A stretch of 64,000 nt of DNA from Blasia pusilla (GCA_050084515.1 CM114271.1:40858001-40922000); one strand, 5' to 3'; shown: positions 1-23,349, numbered from the stretch's first letter. Notes: generated from the sequence alone by a model not told the origin. Program-made: numbers and translations.

Positions 1-231
1 ACAACATCCCGTCAGATAACCATTCGCCCAAAATCATATTCACAAGTAACTGAAAATCACCAACGCAAAATCAATATATTTGGTTGACATTCCTCTCATT
101 CGTTCAGCACTCATGCAATACATAACAACTTATGGCACCTCTACAGCGTTTCCAAATTTAACTACAGCTCGTCACTAGCACCTCTTTATCGGCTTAAACA
201 TTAAGTTGTCGTTATCCTAAACTATCTATTA

Positions 232-1243
232 TGTCGCGACCCTCATAACCAAACAAGCACCAAATAGGCGCCAAGCGGAACATTGGAACTCTAGTGGACT
301 CACGCTACGATGATCGCGGTTTGGAGAGGCTTTTGGAAAGATCTCTTGGAACAGTCCAAGAGACAAAACACAGAATAGAGTTTTGTGTTTCATGGGCGAC
401 CACAAACTTGGACCAAAAGCAAACCAAGACTTGAGATAAGTTGGAAGGTTGGTTGTCAAAGAGATGAGAACCAATTTTGGAACATGACTAGCGTTTGGGG
501 ATTTTGACTGTGTTTCGGACCATAACGTTTAGCCCCAAGATGCATTCGAGACAAAGAAGGGCGCTTTGGAAAGCTTATCCCCAAGATTCTTCCAACGCAC
601 CAAAGATCTCAAAAAATACATTAGTATAGGATGAGATATTGGCCAAAAACGATTGTGACAACAATCGGGTTGAGGGCCAATCTGAGGGGCCCGAATGTCT
701 TTCGCTAAAGTTAGGGGGAAGGCGGGGATCCTCAGAAGTACTAGCAAGGGGGAGTCTCTCCAAGGAGTCTTAAAACACAATCCCCCACTTTGAGCACCAA
801 ACGGCGTCTCAAGGGCACGGGATGGAACGAGAGTTTGACGTTGGAACTCCAAACCCAAACCTGATCCAAGGGAGTGGACTTTGTAAGCCACACTTGGATT
901 CCAACCCACGATTCATTTTCGTGACTTGCGGCTAGGGACTCATTGGATGTCCATTGGAGAGTTGGAACCGCCAGGCATTGAAAGGTCGTTTGAGGTTCCT
1001 GAACCGACTAGAAAGTTTGTCCCAAGTCTGCAAAGACTTGCCTATGTTGTAAACCGCAAAATTAGGAAGGTTGAGCTTGATGAGAGGCCGAGTCGAGAAC
1101 TCGACAAGTTAGAACCGCTGATTGATCCATACCCTAAACGTGAGTGCGTGTTTGGATGCAGATCAACGTTGAGAGCGTGTCTTACCGAACACACGTTTCT
1201 GCAACAAACAAGATTAACGTCCAAGGAGAGTAGGCGCACGACA
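232..1243. mobile_element. Solo-LTR-like or non-autonomous retroelement, related to the split-repeat Gypsy family
   Basis: Starts TGTCG and ends CGACA, with exact 5-bp flanking duplication TATTA (227-231 / 1244-1248). The 3' end GCGCACGACA is identical to the end at 55871-55880. About 530-1120 is reverse-complement homologous to about 23380-23960. Confidence 0.75.
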
Positions 1244-1666
1244 TATTAACTATCCTCATCATGGTAACTAATTTATACACCTCTATCTATATTACTATTG
1301 GAGAGTGACTTCTTGATTTGCAAACACCTCTCTGTTTGACATGTGGCAAATGGGCAACAAGAAAATATTTCACACGCTAGAGGTAGCAGATTTTTTTTTG
1401 AATTTGTGTGTAACATCATTAGTCCTTTCACTCCCGTTCCCTCCTTTCACGGGCCGGACAAAGGACTCCTCAACGAGCTCCTCAAATATTTTTTTTTCCC
1501 CGTGCATCTCACGGGCACCTTGCTAGTATTGCCTAAGGACTTGCTCCAGTTGGTTTTATGAGCGATGGTGCTAACTATGGGCCGCATTCTTGTTTTTCTA
1601 AGTTATTTTTCTCTAGTCGTTTGTTTTTCCCGTGTTTCTTCTCGTTCCGGCTCAGCCGAAGCATTA

Positions 1667-1938
1667 GGGCCACTCACTTCCGGAGTTGGGAGGCCCTCGG
1701 GAGTCGTGGTAACGGCAAATGCCCGTTTGAAGAAACGAGTACCTACACACCACTCCCATTTCTATAAACGGAATTTTTTAGAAACGTTCTAAAAAGATTT
1801 TTCTCCTCTTTCGGACGATATACATTTTTAAAATTTTTGTCCTTAAAATATTATTATTATTATTCAATAAAATCCACTCGTGTGAACTAAACGGAAATTT
1901 CCTTGTATTTGTCCCCGTTGGAAGGAAATGAGTGGCCC
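1667..1938. mobile_element. MITE-like element (Tourist/PIF-like termini)
   Basis: 15-bp terminal inverted repeat GGGCCACTCA(C/T)TTCC flanked by TA on both sides. A second weaker inverted pair lies at about 1717-1740 / 1874-1900, around an AT-rich core. Confidence 0.55.
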
Positions 1939-2249
1939 TATTACTCTCTTCCCTCCGAACCCTCTTCCCCGTCTTCTCTCCGGAGTCCCTCAAACCTACT
2001 TACGCGTGTATGGACCTCCGGAGGTGACACGTGTGAGGGCGTGGCGCTCCTGTGGCGAGAGGAGGAAGGCCAGTAATGTAGGGTGCATGCGATCGCAGCG
2101 GTTGCGGTGAGGAACGGAGGAAGGAAGTGATGGAAGTCTAGAAACGAATTGCGAGCCTAAAGCGAAGAGGTGGAGCGAGCTGCTGGAGGACGAGGACGAG
2201 GACGAGGATTAAGAGAAGCGGACTGCAAGGGCTGTAACGCAGAAGAGAG

Positions 2250-5200
2250 ATGGCTGCGAGTGTGGGCGTAGCGGCAACGGTGGGTGTTTTGAGTTGCGAT
2301 GGTGCTCGAACGGTCGGAAACAGCAATTCGAGGAAAGCAGAGGCAGCGAATCTGCGTGAATTTCGGTTTCGCACTATGCTCCAGACATCCGGTCTCCACC
2401 GATTCGTCAGTCGCGGAGTAGCGGAGTCGTCGGGTAGAAAGAGCTTGGGATGGTGCTCAGAAGGGGCGAAAGTGGGGAACAGGGGCGATAGACGGGGGCA
2501 AGGGAGCGTCGTTGTAAGAGCTTCGACCGCGACGGTGTCCGAGCCGCAATTGTCCAAGGTGGTGAAGTGGCAGCAGAACAAGAGACTGCAGACGCAAGTA
2601 GCACCGATAGCTCAAGACATCACCACAATTCGCTCTCTTGATTGGGACCGTGATCGCTTTGATATGTGAGATTCTTGCATATGCTTCTTCGCACTGTGCC
2701 ACCGCAGTCCCTGATAGAGGTAGCATGTCAACCTGCTAGCATAGCCATGTGGTCGTAGCCGTTTGGAACCGGCGGGATTTTTGGGGGGGTCCCAGCAAAT
2801 TCAGTTCAATTTTAACGATTCTGGTCTCTTGAGAATTCGTAAGGAGTGTTGGGCTGATTTCAAAATCAATTCTCAGCATAGGATACTTGGAAGACCGTGT
2901 TTTCTTGCGATTTGTTACTGACTCTGCTGTGATGTCAAGTGAGTTCGGACTGTCGGACGGCACAACATATAATTCGTTCATCATAGAAGGGGACAAGCTG
3001 GCGATTGTTGATGCATCTCACGAGAAGTTCCGAGATCTTTACCTCCAAACAATCAAAGATCAAATTGATGTGAGCAGCATAGATTACATCATTGCAAATC
3101 ATACCGAGCCGGACCACAGTGGGCTGATTCCGGATCTCTTGGAACTTGCTCCAAATGCCAAAGTGGTAGGCTCAAAGGTGTGCATTGCATTTCTACAGAA
3201 CCTCGTCCTTCGACCATTCGAGGGCGTAATTGTGAAGGTGAGACGGTTCGAGAGCCCATGGCGTACTTACTGCTGACTCATTCTGGCCGTCATGATTTTT
3301 CTTCACTTCCCTGTATCTGGCTCCAGCCTGAACAGCAGAATGTAACAAGACCTGCCTGTGCTAAAAACAACATCATGATAGAGCATAATTGTGTTTTCAG
3401 GGGGGAGACACGCTGGACTTGGGGAAAGGGCATGTGTTGGAGTTCGTCATGGCACCCAATCTGCACTGGCCCGATACCATGTTCACTTTCGACCGTGGAG
3501 CAGGTGTCTTATTTACATGCGATGCATTTGGGATGCACTACTGTTCTGAAGCGGTAATTTTATGGCATCCTCCTTCACTTCAACTCATCTGCTCTGCATA
3601 GACCTTGCCATGCAGCAACAGTGCTAGACATGAAGAGATGGCTCGAGGCTTTTGTCGAGCTTCCTTGTGGGTTGCTAAAGTTGGAGCCGCAAGTGCAAAT
3701 GAATATCGATCAGTTGAGAGTATGGTTCATAATTTGCTTCTCAATATATTATCGCTCTGGACTTCATCACCTTAATGAACACAAGCTTTGAGTCGACCAT
3801 TAAATGGAGAACTGGACACAGCAATCCGAACCACGAAGTGCTCATGGTTGTTTGGATGTTTGTTGAAGGCAGGTGTATGATGAAGAGCTGCTCAACCTCG
3901 AGCCCCATTACAGATTCTATTATGATTGCTTAATGCGACCCAATGCTAGGTCAGTAATAAACGCGCTAAAAAAAGTCGGACAAATGGATTTTAAGATCAT
4001 TGCAAATGGACATGGACCGCTTCTACGGTACAATGTACCTGAACTGATGAGCAAGTACGCGGGTTGGAGCACTCAAGCTTTGGAGAAGCAATTGGCCAGT
4101 ATTGCTGTTCTTTATGTCTCCGACTATGGTTACAGTGATCGCCTTTCACAGGTGACGACGCTCTCTTTTTGTTCATTCCCAACCATCAGTCCACAGGATG
4201 TCCTTCCAATCAGGGTAGGGGATCTATTGTCGCAATGCTACGAAAGTCAGTACTTCATGAGTGCAGTCGAAACACCATCCAGAGGAGCTTGAGATTCGGC
4301 AGGTGGACTTTAGTCATTTGCTGGAGCTCCTCGTTCTATATATGCTCGACCCTCGGGCAGAACAGCCACCGAGAGAGCAAATCTTCTGAGTGATTGGTTC
4401 CCATACTAAGATCATCGTCATTCGCCCTCTTGACTAGTCGCTAGTGTATTCCAGGAAGGTCTCGTCGGAGGACAGTAAGCAGAGTCTCTGGAGCTCAAAC
4501 CTGCCATAGGGTCATGGTCTTAGTGTGAGCCCCTAAGTTTGTCACGAACGCAGATTCGGTTTGAAGCTTTATGGGCAAACTTCGAAGTTGCCAAATTGCA
4601 GACCTGTGAAAGAAACAGCTCATATGTATGACAGCAACTGAGGGAAAACAATCTGCCGGAGTTGAAATAAAGGGAAAAGGTTATGGGATGCTTGTGGACC
4701 AGTGTTTAACTCCTGCGTAGAATGGGAGCTGGTCAAATTAAGCATGCTTTCGGAAGACGCTTTCGGTCCTTTAGTGAAGAATGGCTTTGTGTCAGAAAAA
4801 ACACTCTACGTCGGTACTGTGCTGCCTACTTGAATGCTGGTGAATTCCTACGCTGGCAGCTAAGAGTGTTTTGACATTGGGCTTAAGAAGCTGGGCGAGA
4901 ATGTTGTCATAGACTCACCTGGGAATGTCTTGAATGACTCGGCCCCTAAATCTATTCATTCATTCTCATCTCTTTGCATTCCGCATACATCCAGGCATTC
5001 GCAAGAGGGTTGACAAAAACCAACACTGGAGTGGAGATGGTGGACCTGAATAATGTAGAAACTCAAGAGCTGGTGGAGTGCGTTGGAAGGAATGGGGGCG
5101 TTGTGATCATGGCTCCTCCCAGCTCTGGACCTGCCAACGCAGCAGTGGCAACTCTCCTTGCAGCTGTGAAACCCGGGAAACAGGCAAGTTCTTGCTCTCC

Positions 5201-6810
5201 ATCTTCGATTGTCCTTCATTGCATATACCGAGTCGGTGCATCTTTCGTAATCTGTTCTGCGTCAGACACTTGCACGTTTTCAAGACCAAATTCAACTGCT
5301 GACCGTAGAGAACGTGTTTGTTCTCTTCACCACAGCCGGTGCTGATCGCTGAAAGCTATGGCGGGGATGATGAGCCAGTTGATACTATGCTCCAGCGTTT
5401 TCTGGCACTCGGGATCAATGCCCCATTCCCCCCTTTGCGAGTAAGAGGAGAACCATCAGAGGCAACGTAAGCATCTATTTCCTCCTTGTTATGCTGGGGG
5501 ATGCTATGCTGCTAGTTCGTCGCCACACGCGCTCAGAGAGACGAAGCCTGCCCAGGTGTTGGAATCGTCGTTGGAGACCAGAGTAGCCCACCATAGCTGG
5601 AGCTTGACTAGCATTTAGTTTCACGCTCTAGAACAGAAAGAAAACGAATCAAGACCTGGGGACTCACAAAGCCAAAGAAGAAAAGGCCGTGAAGTTTTCG
5701 AAAAGCCATCTTACTTACGGTGTAGGCGAGACTTGCGGGGATTTTCTCTCTGAGAGAGTCTGTCGCAAATTAGACCGAGTAAGTCTCTAGAACTGAAAAG
5801 TGTGTTCATTTAACTTTGCAGGTACCAACTGTATGAGGAAGCAGGCACAGATATGGGCCAGCTTCTAACACAGAAGAAGGCTATCGCAGAAAAGAAAGCG
5901 AGCCTACCGATGGACGTGGCGAAGGCTATAGCCCGTGTCTCGGGTGGTCTGTATGTCGTGACTGCCTTCAAGGGGGCCTCGAGAGGTGCCATGATTGCGT
6001 CGTGGGTGTCTCAAGTAAGTTCAGTGTTGTGCTGGCTGTTTGCTCCTTGTGTGTTTCTTCATAACGGGTTCGAAGACTAGATCGGAGTCTCTGAAACGTT
6101 CGACGTAACGGGATAGGTGATCCCATGCCAACCGAAACAAATCATATGTCCAAAGCAGGGTTTCATCAATGATTCATGGTTTTGGCAGGCAAGTTTTCAG
6201 CCCCTCGGAATCACAATCGCAGTGGCCAAAGATCGAGCTATTGAGTCTCTCATGCAAGTATGCTACCTCAACCGACAAAACAAACGCCTTCCAGTTTTTC
6301 GGCTTCTTTCATTTTGGTGCAACTCGCACGAGATTATTGTAGTTAGTACCTGCTAAGCGGGATTTTCTTTGCTGTCAGGTGGGTGATTCGTTCGTGCTGA
6401 ACTGCCTTGACGAGCAAAACTTTGGGCCGCTGATGAAGCATTTCCTCAAGCGATTTCCGCCTGGAGGTAAAACCTACGTTGACATCATGGGAATGTGGAT
6501 TATCTTTTGGTTGGAACCCGTGTGTGGAGATTGAACTTACTCGCGGATTTCGTAACTACCAGTTGCAGAGGACTAATTGACACAAATTGTGTTTTCATCA
6601 GCGGATAGATTTGAAGGGGTTGAGTGGGTACCTGCATCAAATAGATCCCCTATTCTCGTGAGTGCCATTGCACACCTAGAGTGCACCGTGAAGAGTCGTA
6701 TGGAGACGGCAGACCACTGGGTAACATATGCCGAAGTCTACGATGGTGACGTGTTGAAGGCCGAACGAAGGACAGCGGCGCACCATCGGAAAATCGGAAA
6801 TTACTACTAG
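2250..6810 (+). CDS. FLVB: Chloroplast flavodiiron protein, Flv3/FLVB type (metallo-beta-lactamase diiron + flavodoxin + flavin reductase domains)
   Basis: Exons 2250-2665, 2940-3237, 3401-3553, 3873-4151, 4995-5183, 5336-5466, 5822-6014, 6189-6257, 6379-6466 and 6602-6810 splice in frame. Motifs: [44 protein letters not shown] (canonical diiron ligands as in Flv3), [24 protein letters not shown]. The N-terminus is Ala/Ser/Arg-rich and transit-peptide-like. Confidence 0.95.
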
Positions 6811-8475
6811 TTATGAGAGTTTGACCGGAACCTCTTGCATTGCAAGGGGTCCCGTTCGGGCGTTGAAGGTGTTGAAACTTGTACTAGGGCCCGTCATTGA
6901 TGCGTCCCGCTCTCTTCTGAACGAAAACATTGTACATTACAACTCTTAAATTTGAAGTGTCGCTGGAACCGGACACAGGAAATGTCTCGTTGAAACGAAA
7001 ACAGTTCCCCATTCTTTGGCACGTCTGACTGCCACACCCCTCGTATAAACAGTTTTCATTCATAGCGCATACTACCACAGAAGATTCCTCCTTCAAGAAT
7101 GCACTTCCGAGCATCGTATTCCGTTCTCCCAACCACTTAAGAGACTTGGGTGGACTTGTCGGAGTGTTTCTTACATACTCTGGAACCTGACCTAGTACCA
7201 AGATACTGAAATCATTGTTAAATTAAGTAATAAAATTATATGTGATGGAGGGTAGTGTCTACATCAAATGACCCCTCTACACTACTTGTTCGGATAAACC
7301 CTGATAAACCAGTTGCTCTGAATCACTGCTCCTTCCAATTCATAACATGTATCAACTCATAACTCGCATGAAAAGTACCATACACACTACGTAATAGTCA
7401 TGCTGCTGGTCCATGGCACTGTAGGAAAAACCAAAATTACCCTGCAACAGCAAAATTGCGCAAGACTGACCTTAAATATGCAAAGAGAACATTCAAGAAA
7501 CCTTGGACTGTAAACACGCTCAACTTGGAATTGAGAAGAACCAAAAGTTTAATTATAGTTCATTGACGTGGATGAAGTCGTTCAGAGGTAGGAACACTCA
7601 TTGTCTTGCAGTGATCTTGGTTGTCATCGACAATATGAGCGTCCATACGAGACACTATTGAACATTTCCAGGACATTATTGAACATTCCCAGGTGGTCAT
7701 TATTCCATTCGGAAAATAACATTCTACAATTTTGGTCAATGTAAGAGTCAGCAAAATTCACTACAACTTCGGGAAGATCGCTCCCCCAGGAGATTCCCTA
7801 AGATGCGCTGCATCACAAAAAATTGATAATGCACGCACTTGCAATTCTTGGAACGAGATGATAGAATCACTTGCTCTTGTATGCACACAAACCCGTACTT
7901 GTGTGTTGAAGACCCTGGGAACCATCTTAATACAGAAAAGATGGAGCTCTTAGGACCACAAATCTGCAAGAGGTCGTACAATAATAATACAAGCTGAGTG
8001 TATGAACATTTCCCCTCTCAGACAAGCTATTTTTAAATAACTGAATTAAAGTCTGAGGCAAAACTACCCAAATGACCTGAGTTCCTATCCAAGGCAGTAT
8101 GCTTACAATCCATGAAGATTGAATAGCTTAGGAAGACATACCAAAAGCCCACTTCGGGCTGTGAAACTTAAGGCACAGGTGTGCTGCTATTTTCAGGACC
8201 AACCCTGACAGCTACAGATGGCCTTGCAATCAAATGGGACTATAACCAAAACTTCTCCACCAAATCCCCATCAAGAATTCAAGAGTGAAAGAGACTTGGT
8301 TTCACACATTTCATATCCGCCAAGTATAAGCCCTGGACTCTCTAAAAGTAGACAGGCTAATTTTCAACAACCGACATATCCTCCTGGTTAAGCGAGTTTC
8401 TTATTTTTGAGTGAAATCATCCTAATTGTTGAGGAACAAATCTGAGCAATCTCAAGGTGAGAATTCCAGATCTCA

Positions 8476-17654
<9,179 letters not shown>

Positions 17655-17761
17655 GGGATTTTTTTAAAACCTCTCCTACCGGACCTCCACTCTTCCTCTT
17701 CCCTTTCTATTCCACGGAATAGATTGATAGAAAACCAGCTCCCACCATTCCCAAACAAAGT

Positions 17762-17792
<31 letters not shown>

Positions 17793-17796
17793 CTCT
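17762..17796. repeat. Imperfect (CT)n microsatellite upstream of the kinesin-13 start codon
   Basis: tctctctctctcactatctctctctttctctctct. Confidence 0.7.
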
Positions 17797-20700
17797 GTGC
17801 GCTGCCACTCCTGGCCTATGGCGGATCAGGATCGGAAGCGCCCCGGGACATTCGTCTCCCACTCCGTTTCGTTTGCAAACAAGGGAAACAAGAAGCACAA
17901 ACAAGAGCAGTGCCAACCACACCTCGAGAAGGGAGCGCACGAACGAGTGGGTAGTGACTCGAGAGCCACCGTGATCCGATCTGATAGTGAGTTTCCCCTG
18001 CCCGCGTCCCTGCCTGCCTTCCTTGCCTGCGCTATGCCTTTCAGATTTCCTCCGATTTCCTCCCCAACACCGCCGAAAACGAAATGGAAACCCGAAACCC
18101 AGGAAAAAACCTCCCGATCACCAGGGCTTGCCCATGACGACAGGCGCAAAAGCCAACGGGAACCAGCTCAGGGCTGACGTGCTCCGGTTCCTCTCTTCCA
18201 CCATCCCCATTTCACGCCTCCGGCGCCCTCGCTTGCTTCTCCTGCACCTCTTTTAAAACAACTAAAACCACCACCACCACGACGCTGCCTAGCTAAATGC
18301 TTGTCATCCGACGCGCTCCCTCCACCACAACAGTCATCATTCCTCCCCTTCTCCTCCTCTCGCCTTTCCTTTCCCCTCCCCTGTTCTCTTCTCCTCCCGG
18401 CGTTCTTCATGTGCTCGCCCGCCTCCTCATTCTCCTGTCGGTCACCCTCTCTCCGATCTGAGATGGAAATCCAGAAAGCCACCGCCCCACTTCACTGGAC
18501 TGCACCCACTGCCCTGTCCTGCCCTGCCCTGCCCTGCTCCTCTGTCCGTCTGCCCATCGACGAACGCTAAGCTCGACTCAATTCGCCGGCGCGGGGCACA
18601 ATCAATGTAACGAACGAACGACCGGGGAAACTAAAACTTTCCCGACGAGTTTTGTAAATCACCAGCCAATCAGCGCAGGGGAGAAAAGCTCCGGACAGTC
18701 AGAAGGCACGGATGCCTTTTTCAAACAGCTCCGTCCGTCTGCTCGTCCACGTTCGTTGGTCTAACGCCAACCGCACAACCGTCTCATTTCGCAAGGGCCT
18801 CGGAGCCCAAAATGGACGGACTTTGTCTCCTGATTCATTCGACACCCGCTCTCTGCCGGGCTCGCGGACGTCAGGAAGATCCGGGCCTATCGCCCCAGCG
18901 CTGGGGCCGCTTTAGCGGCCCCCCCCAACAAAGCCGTCTACATTTGGCGGATCGTGAAAGGATTCCGTCGCAGCGGGCCTTGAGGGAGTTCACGTGCTCT
19001 TTTTCTAATGTCAGGAGTCAATACGGTCAAACTGAGTAACTAGGAAATTCATTTGTCGGATTTTCTCCGGTTCATTTCGAATTTCAAAAGCCCTCCAAGG
19101 GAAATGGGATTGATTCCTACCGGTGGCGAAAAGTGGAAGGATTCAAAAGGGTCCGTTGCGTGTGGCACACCGATAAGCATTTCTTGTCACGATCGTCAAC
19201 CCCTTGGCATTTCATGAGACCAGTAAAATACAAAATATTTCGGCCAATGAAACTCGTGTGGAATTCCTTCCGACTTCGCCTTCTACCAAAGGTGCCCGGC
19301 CCATCCATCCATTGTTCAACTTCCTCGCTTTACATCCATCCGACCAACGATGCGAGCTTTTCCGCGAATTTCCGCCTTGGGATCTCCTTCTTTGTACATT
19401 TGTGATGGTACTGACGTCACTCCATGCGAACCACTCTCGCCTCCTCCCTTTCCTTCCCCTCCCATCCAAAAACACCAAAAGAGTCGGGAAAACATTCTTC
19501 TTCGCACTGTTCGGAGATCGAAATCATTCAAGTTTCTCCGCTGGAGCAAAACGTTCGAGACGAAGGACGCAAGAACGGAACGCTCCCTAGAGCGAACTAG
19601 CTGGCCTCAATGCGCGCGATGAATGAAACATACAGAAAGAATGAATGAATGAGTTTCATGCAATGCAAACTACGATAATAATTATTTTTTAAATTTATTT
19701 ATCTGTAAAGAACGTGGAGAAACCTCGATAAATGTGCACAGACACATGTGTTAATTCCGCGATGAAGACGATGATGCACGATGCTCATCGATCCTCTTCA
19801 CACATACCCATGTCGGGGGATGGCACATGATGGCTGCTCGCATCGTCTGGCATGGAGCGAGATGCTCGACATGGTATGCCATCGTTTGAACCTTGCAATC
19901 TGTCGCTAACATCAATGACAGGCCACTAGCCATGATCTTTCCGCCTCACCTGCGTGTCAAATTTAGCAGGTGCCAGAATCTCTCCACCCTAGATCTCCAA
20001 GGCGGCGAGCGAGTAGTGCCCCGGCTATTCAATAGAGCTCCGCCACCTACCAAACCACCCTCCGTCCCCGAGAACGACTACTTCCACGTCCACATGTTCC
20101 GTAACGGACCTAAACCCGCTACCGACTAGCGGGCGGGCGACGGACATCCACCACCACCAGATATACCGAGACTTGCTAGATCTGGAAAACAGGCTTTTTC
20201 GTGGATTTTCCTAGTATATTTATCTTTCGTCCGACTACCCGTAGAGGCGGATCTGTTTATTTAATAATTCATGTTTAAGCGTCATTCCCCTCCAATCTCT
20301 CGTCCCCCCAAATAACACATGTAAGGTATTTTTGAGAGACATATAAAGACACGTGTCAAACCTATATTTATTAGTACATAAGGCATAAAAAGGAGCAATG
20401 CTTTCACATATCCGGGGTTACGAGTAGTGTTGGCCGGCACTTTTGCGAATTTCCGTTCGGGTGGGGGAAGTTGTGGCAGGACTTCCGGCAATATGTGCAC
20501 ACTTCTGGAATTTGACGGGGCCAAAAGGGGAACAATGGTACAAATTCAGATTCCGGCAAGGACTCAACGCAATATGGCTATCGGCCAACTGAAACCGGGA
20601 AAAATGACGGCTCCCCGGAATAAGCCTCCCGGAATCCTGCCGCTTTAATTTTCGACCACCAGTAATTAAGTGCTTATGTGGCAGAGGGGGATTTGATGAC

Positions 20701-21956
20701 GAGGTCGACACTTGGATGGAGATGGGTTTTTCTAAGCAAATCCTCATTGTCAAAATGTTGGGACCAATTTCAACCCTAGCCCACCATTTTTTTCCTTTCC
20801 TCCTGTAGCCGTTAGATCTCGATCGACAACTTTGTAGTTGCCCAAGCAGCTCGAACAAGTTACGGGCAAGAAGAGGGAGGCGGCTTGACTCACCACTTGA
20901 GGAACAAAGATGCACTTGAGGGCCGTGGGGGTTCGGGGGAATGCGGTTGTGGGGCCCGGGGGTAGTACGCTGAGGAGGGGCCCTCCTGCCCTCATTCGAT
21001 CCTCTCTTCATTTGGTTCTTTCCGAGTCTAGCCCGCAGCTCCGTAGTGTCCGCAACTACGCACTCTCTAAGTCTCCACAACTCCCTTGCCCTAAAGCTTC
21101 CAAAGGTCGACCGTCGATGTCCGTTGCTTCGCATTGTTGCAACGCCTTGCGACTACGAGGTAGCTTCGTGCCTCCGCTTTCCATGCAAGTCCCCTTTGCA
21201 GTGATTTGCACGTATGTCCGCTTTGCAGAGCTCCGCCATGCTACGCAACTACCTCTTCTCCGTGATTTTCCAGTTGCATCCGCGCATCATCTGCACTACA
21301 TCCACAGATCCATTGTCCATGCTTCGCTTTGCTACGTAGTTTCGTGTGTCCGCCGTGCTACACGAATACCTTTCTTAGATCCGTTTCGTTTGGGTTTTTT
21401 TTTCGCAGCTCTGTGTCCCTATAGTGCGTAGCTACCTCCGCAACTCGTCAGTTGCACTTCCGATTAGTTCGTGTGATTCCTCCGCAGATCCGCACTTCAA
21501 TTCATTTTCATTGTGTGATCGTGTGATTTTGCCTGCTGCTTTGTAGTGTGCCCCGTTGAAGTATTGAAGTTGCAAATCCGCTTCCGTTGTAGCCGATTTG
21601 CAACTTTCCAACTTCTTATCGTCCAACTGTCACACTTGGGGATTGGATTCAACTTCCAACCTGCGGAGATCTGCACATGTTGTAATTTTTCAATAGGCTA
21701 CTTCCACACGTGCACTTGGGATGTTTAAATGTTTTTTACATATCTGTAGCTTTGTAGTGCTTAAGTCAAGTTTACTTACTTTCATATCCAAACCAGGTTA
21801 GTCATTGCGATCCCCTACTTTGGAAGTTCGTGTTCTTTACCTGAAGCCCTATAGCACTAGCTCCGCTCAAACTTCACCATCCGATTTGAAAGAACAAGCC
21901 ACTTGCTTGATTTGTAGCCTTGTTTCCCGCATTTGAGTCCAATTCATTGGGGTTAC

Positions 21957-22852
21957 ATGGCCAAGAGACAGAAGACAATGAGTGCTTTCTTAGACAAGGG
22001 ACGTCGAAACTATGGGCCACACATCATTGCATTGTCTGGCTCATCTAATGATAAAGATGAACAACCTACATCAGGCAGTAGTGCAACCTTACCTAAGAAG
22101 TTCGCGTAGCGTGGAAGGACGTTTGGTACTAAATGTATGATTGGATTTACTATGATTTAGTTCTTCATATAATTTTTTTTTTAGAGTCTATAGTAAGGGT
22201 AAGGGGAAGAGTGCTTTTGCTAGAGATGGAAAAATTAATTGCAAAGTCTTTGAATCCATTGACCACGCCAAGTCCCATGAGCATATCAAGCATTCATGGG
22301 TTGTAAATGGAGTTAAGAAGTCGATGGCCGAGGCCATTGCGAAAACGAACTAAACTTGTGAAGTAGCCCTCCTTACATTGTTTAAGTGTGCATATTTCCT
22401 TGCGAATAAGGCTATTACATTTCTGAAATTTCCCAATCCCAATCTTGCGAATAAGTTATTGCTTCCTATAAATGCACCTATTACCAAAGATCTTTATCAT
22501 GATGAAAAGAGTTGTATTGAAATGTCTTATTTTATTAGCCAAGTTCTGCAAAGAAGAACTCTTTCCAGAGTTCAGGCCTCTCCCTTCTTTGGAATCTTGA
22601 TTGATGAATCCACCAACATATTTGTTACAAGTCTTTTAGTTGTGCTTGCCTCTTTCATTGAGGAGGATCAAGCACAATGTTGTTTTCTAGGATTACTTCA
22701 ATGCAAATCCAAATCTTTTAATATTATTACTGAAATGTTTTTGCAACTCATCAGGGATGAAGTGTTGGATTTTTCCAAGATGGTACCATTTGGCTCTAAT
22801 GGTGCCGCGACAATGGTAGGTAGCCAAATAGGGGTAGCCTCACAAATGAGGA
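21957..22852 (+). pseudogene. hAT transposase (ZNF862-like), 5' part
   Basis: FGILIDESTN and FGSNGAATMVG motifs, with stops and frameshifts; cut after SQMR by the Gypsy insertion. Confidence 0.85.
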
Positions 22853-23349
22853 TGTCACGTCTCTTAGGATAGATCGACGAGGTTTAGTAGAGCGCATTTT
22901 TGAGTAGTGGAGGACAAGTTGAGAAGGTTGAGGATGACCTCCTGAGGCCCTGGAAAACCTGAGAGAGCAGGTTTCCCCTTCGTTTTGGCTCATTTGGCGC
23001 CATATTGGGAAACTTACTATTTTGGGTAAGTACCATTTTGAGTATATGGTCAACTTTCTATTTGAGAAGTGGCCCTTGACCTCCTACATCAGGTCAAGAG
23101 CCAAGGAGGTAACTTGAGAGCATAGGTTATCATGGAGAGAGCTTGGGAGAGGGGAGGATATACCTCAAGGAGAGAGCTCTTGAGAGCTCATTCTCTCTTT
23201 GTTGAACCTCTTGGCATGAGGCGGCGGAGCTATGGTCCCTTGCCTTGTGAGTGTAACCCAAGCCTCTCATTAGGAGAGTGGGTTTGGTTTGACATTGAGA
23301 GAGACATGTGAGAGCTATGGTGTTGTGAGAGAGATTTGACCTTATTTTA
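22853..23349 (+). repeat. Terminal repeat A1
   Basis: Aligns by eye with 55235-55749 and with the reverse strand at 62799-62310. Confidence 0.9.

Noticed and set aside
7651-7695. 21-bp tandem duplication between the two genes
   Set aside because: Two units only; ordinary slippage.
17700-21430. Multiple 70-240 aa ORFs upstream of kinesin-13 and in the hAT left arm
   Set aside because: GC-rich UTR, promoter or subterminal sequence with no recognisable domains or splice logic.
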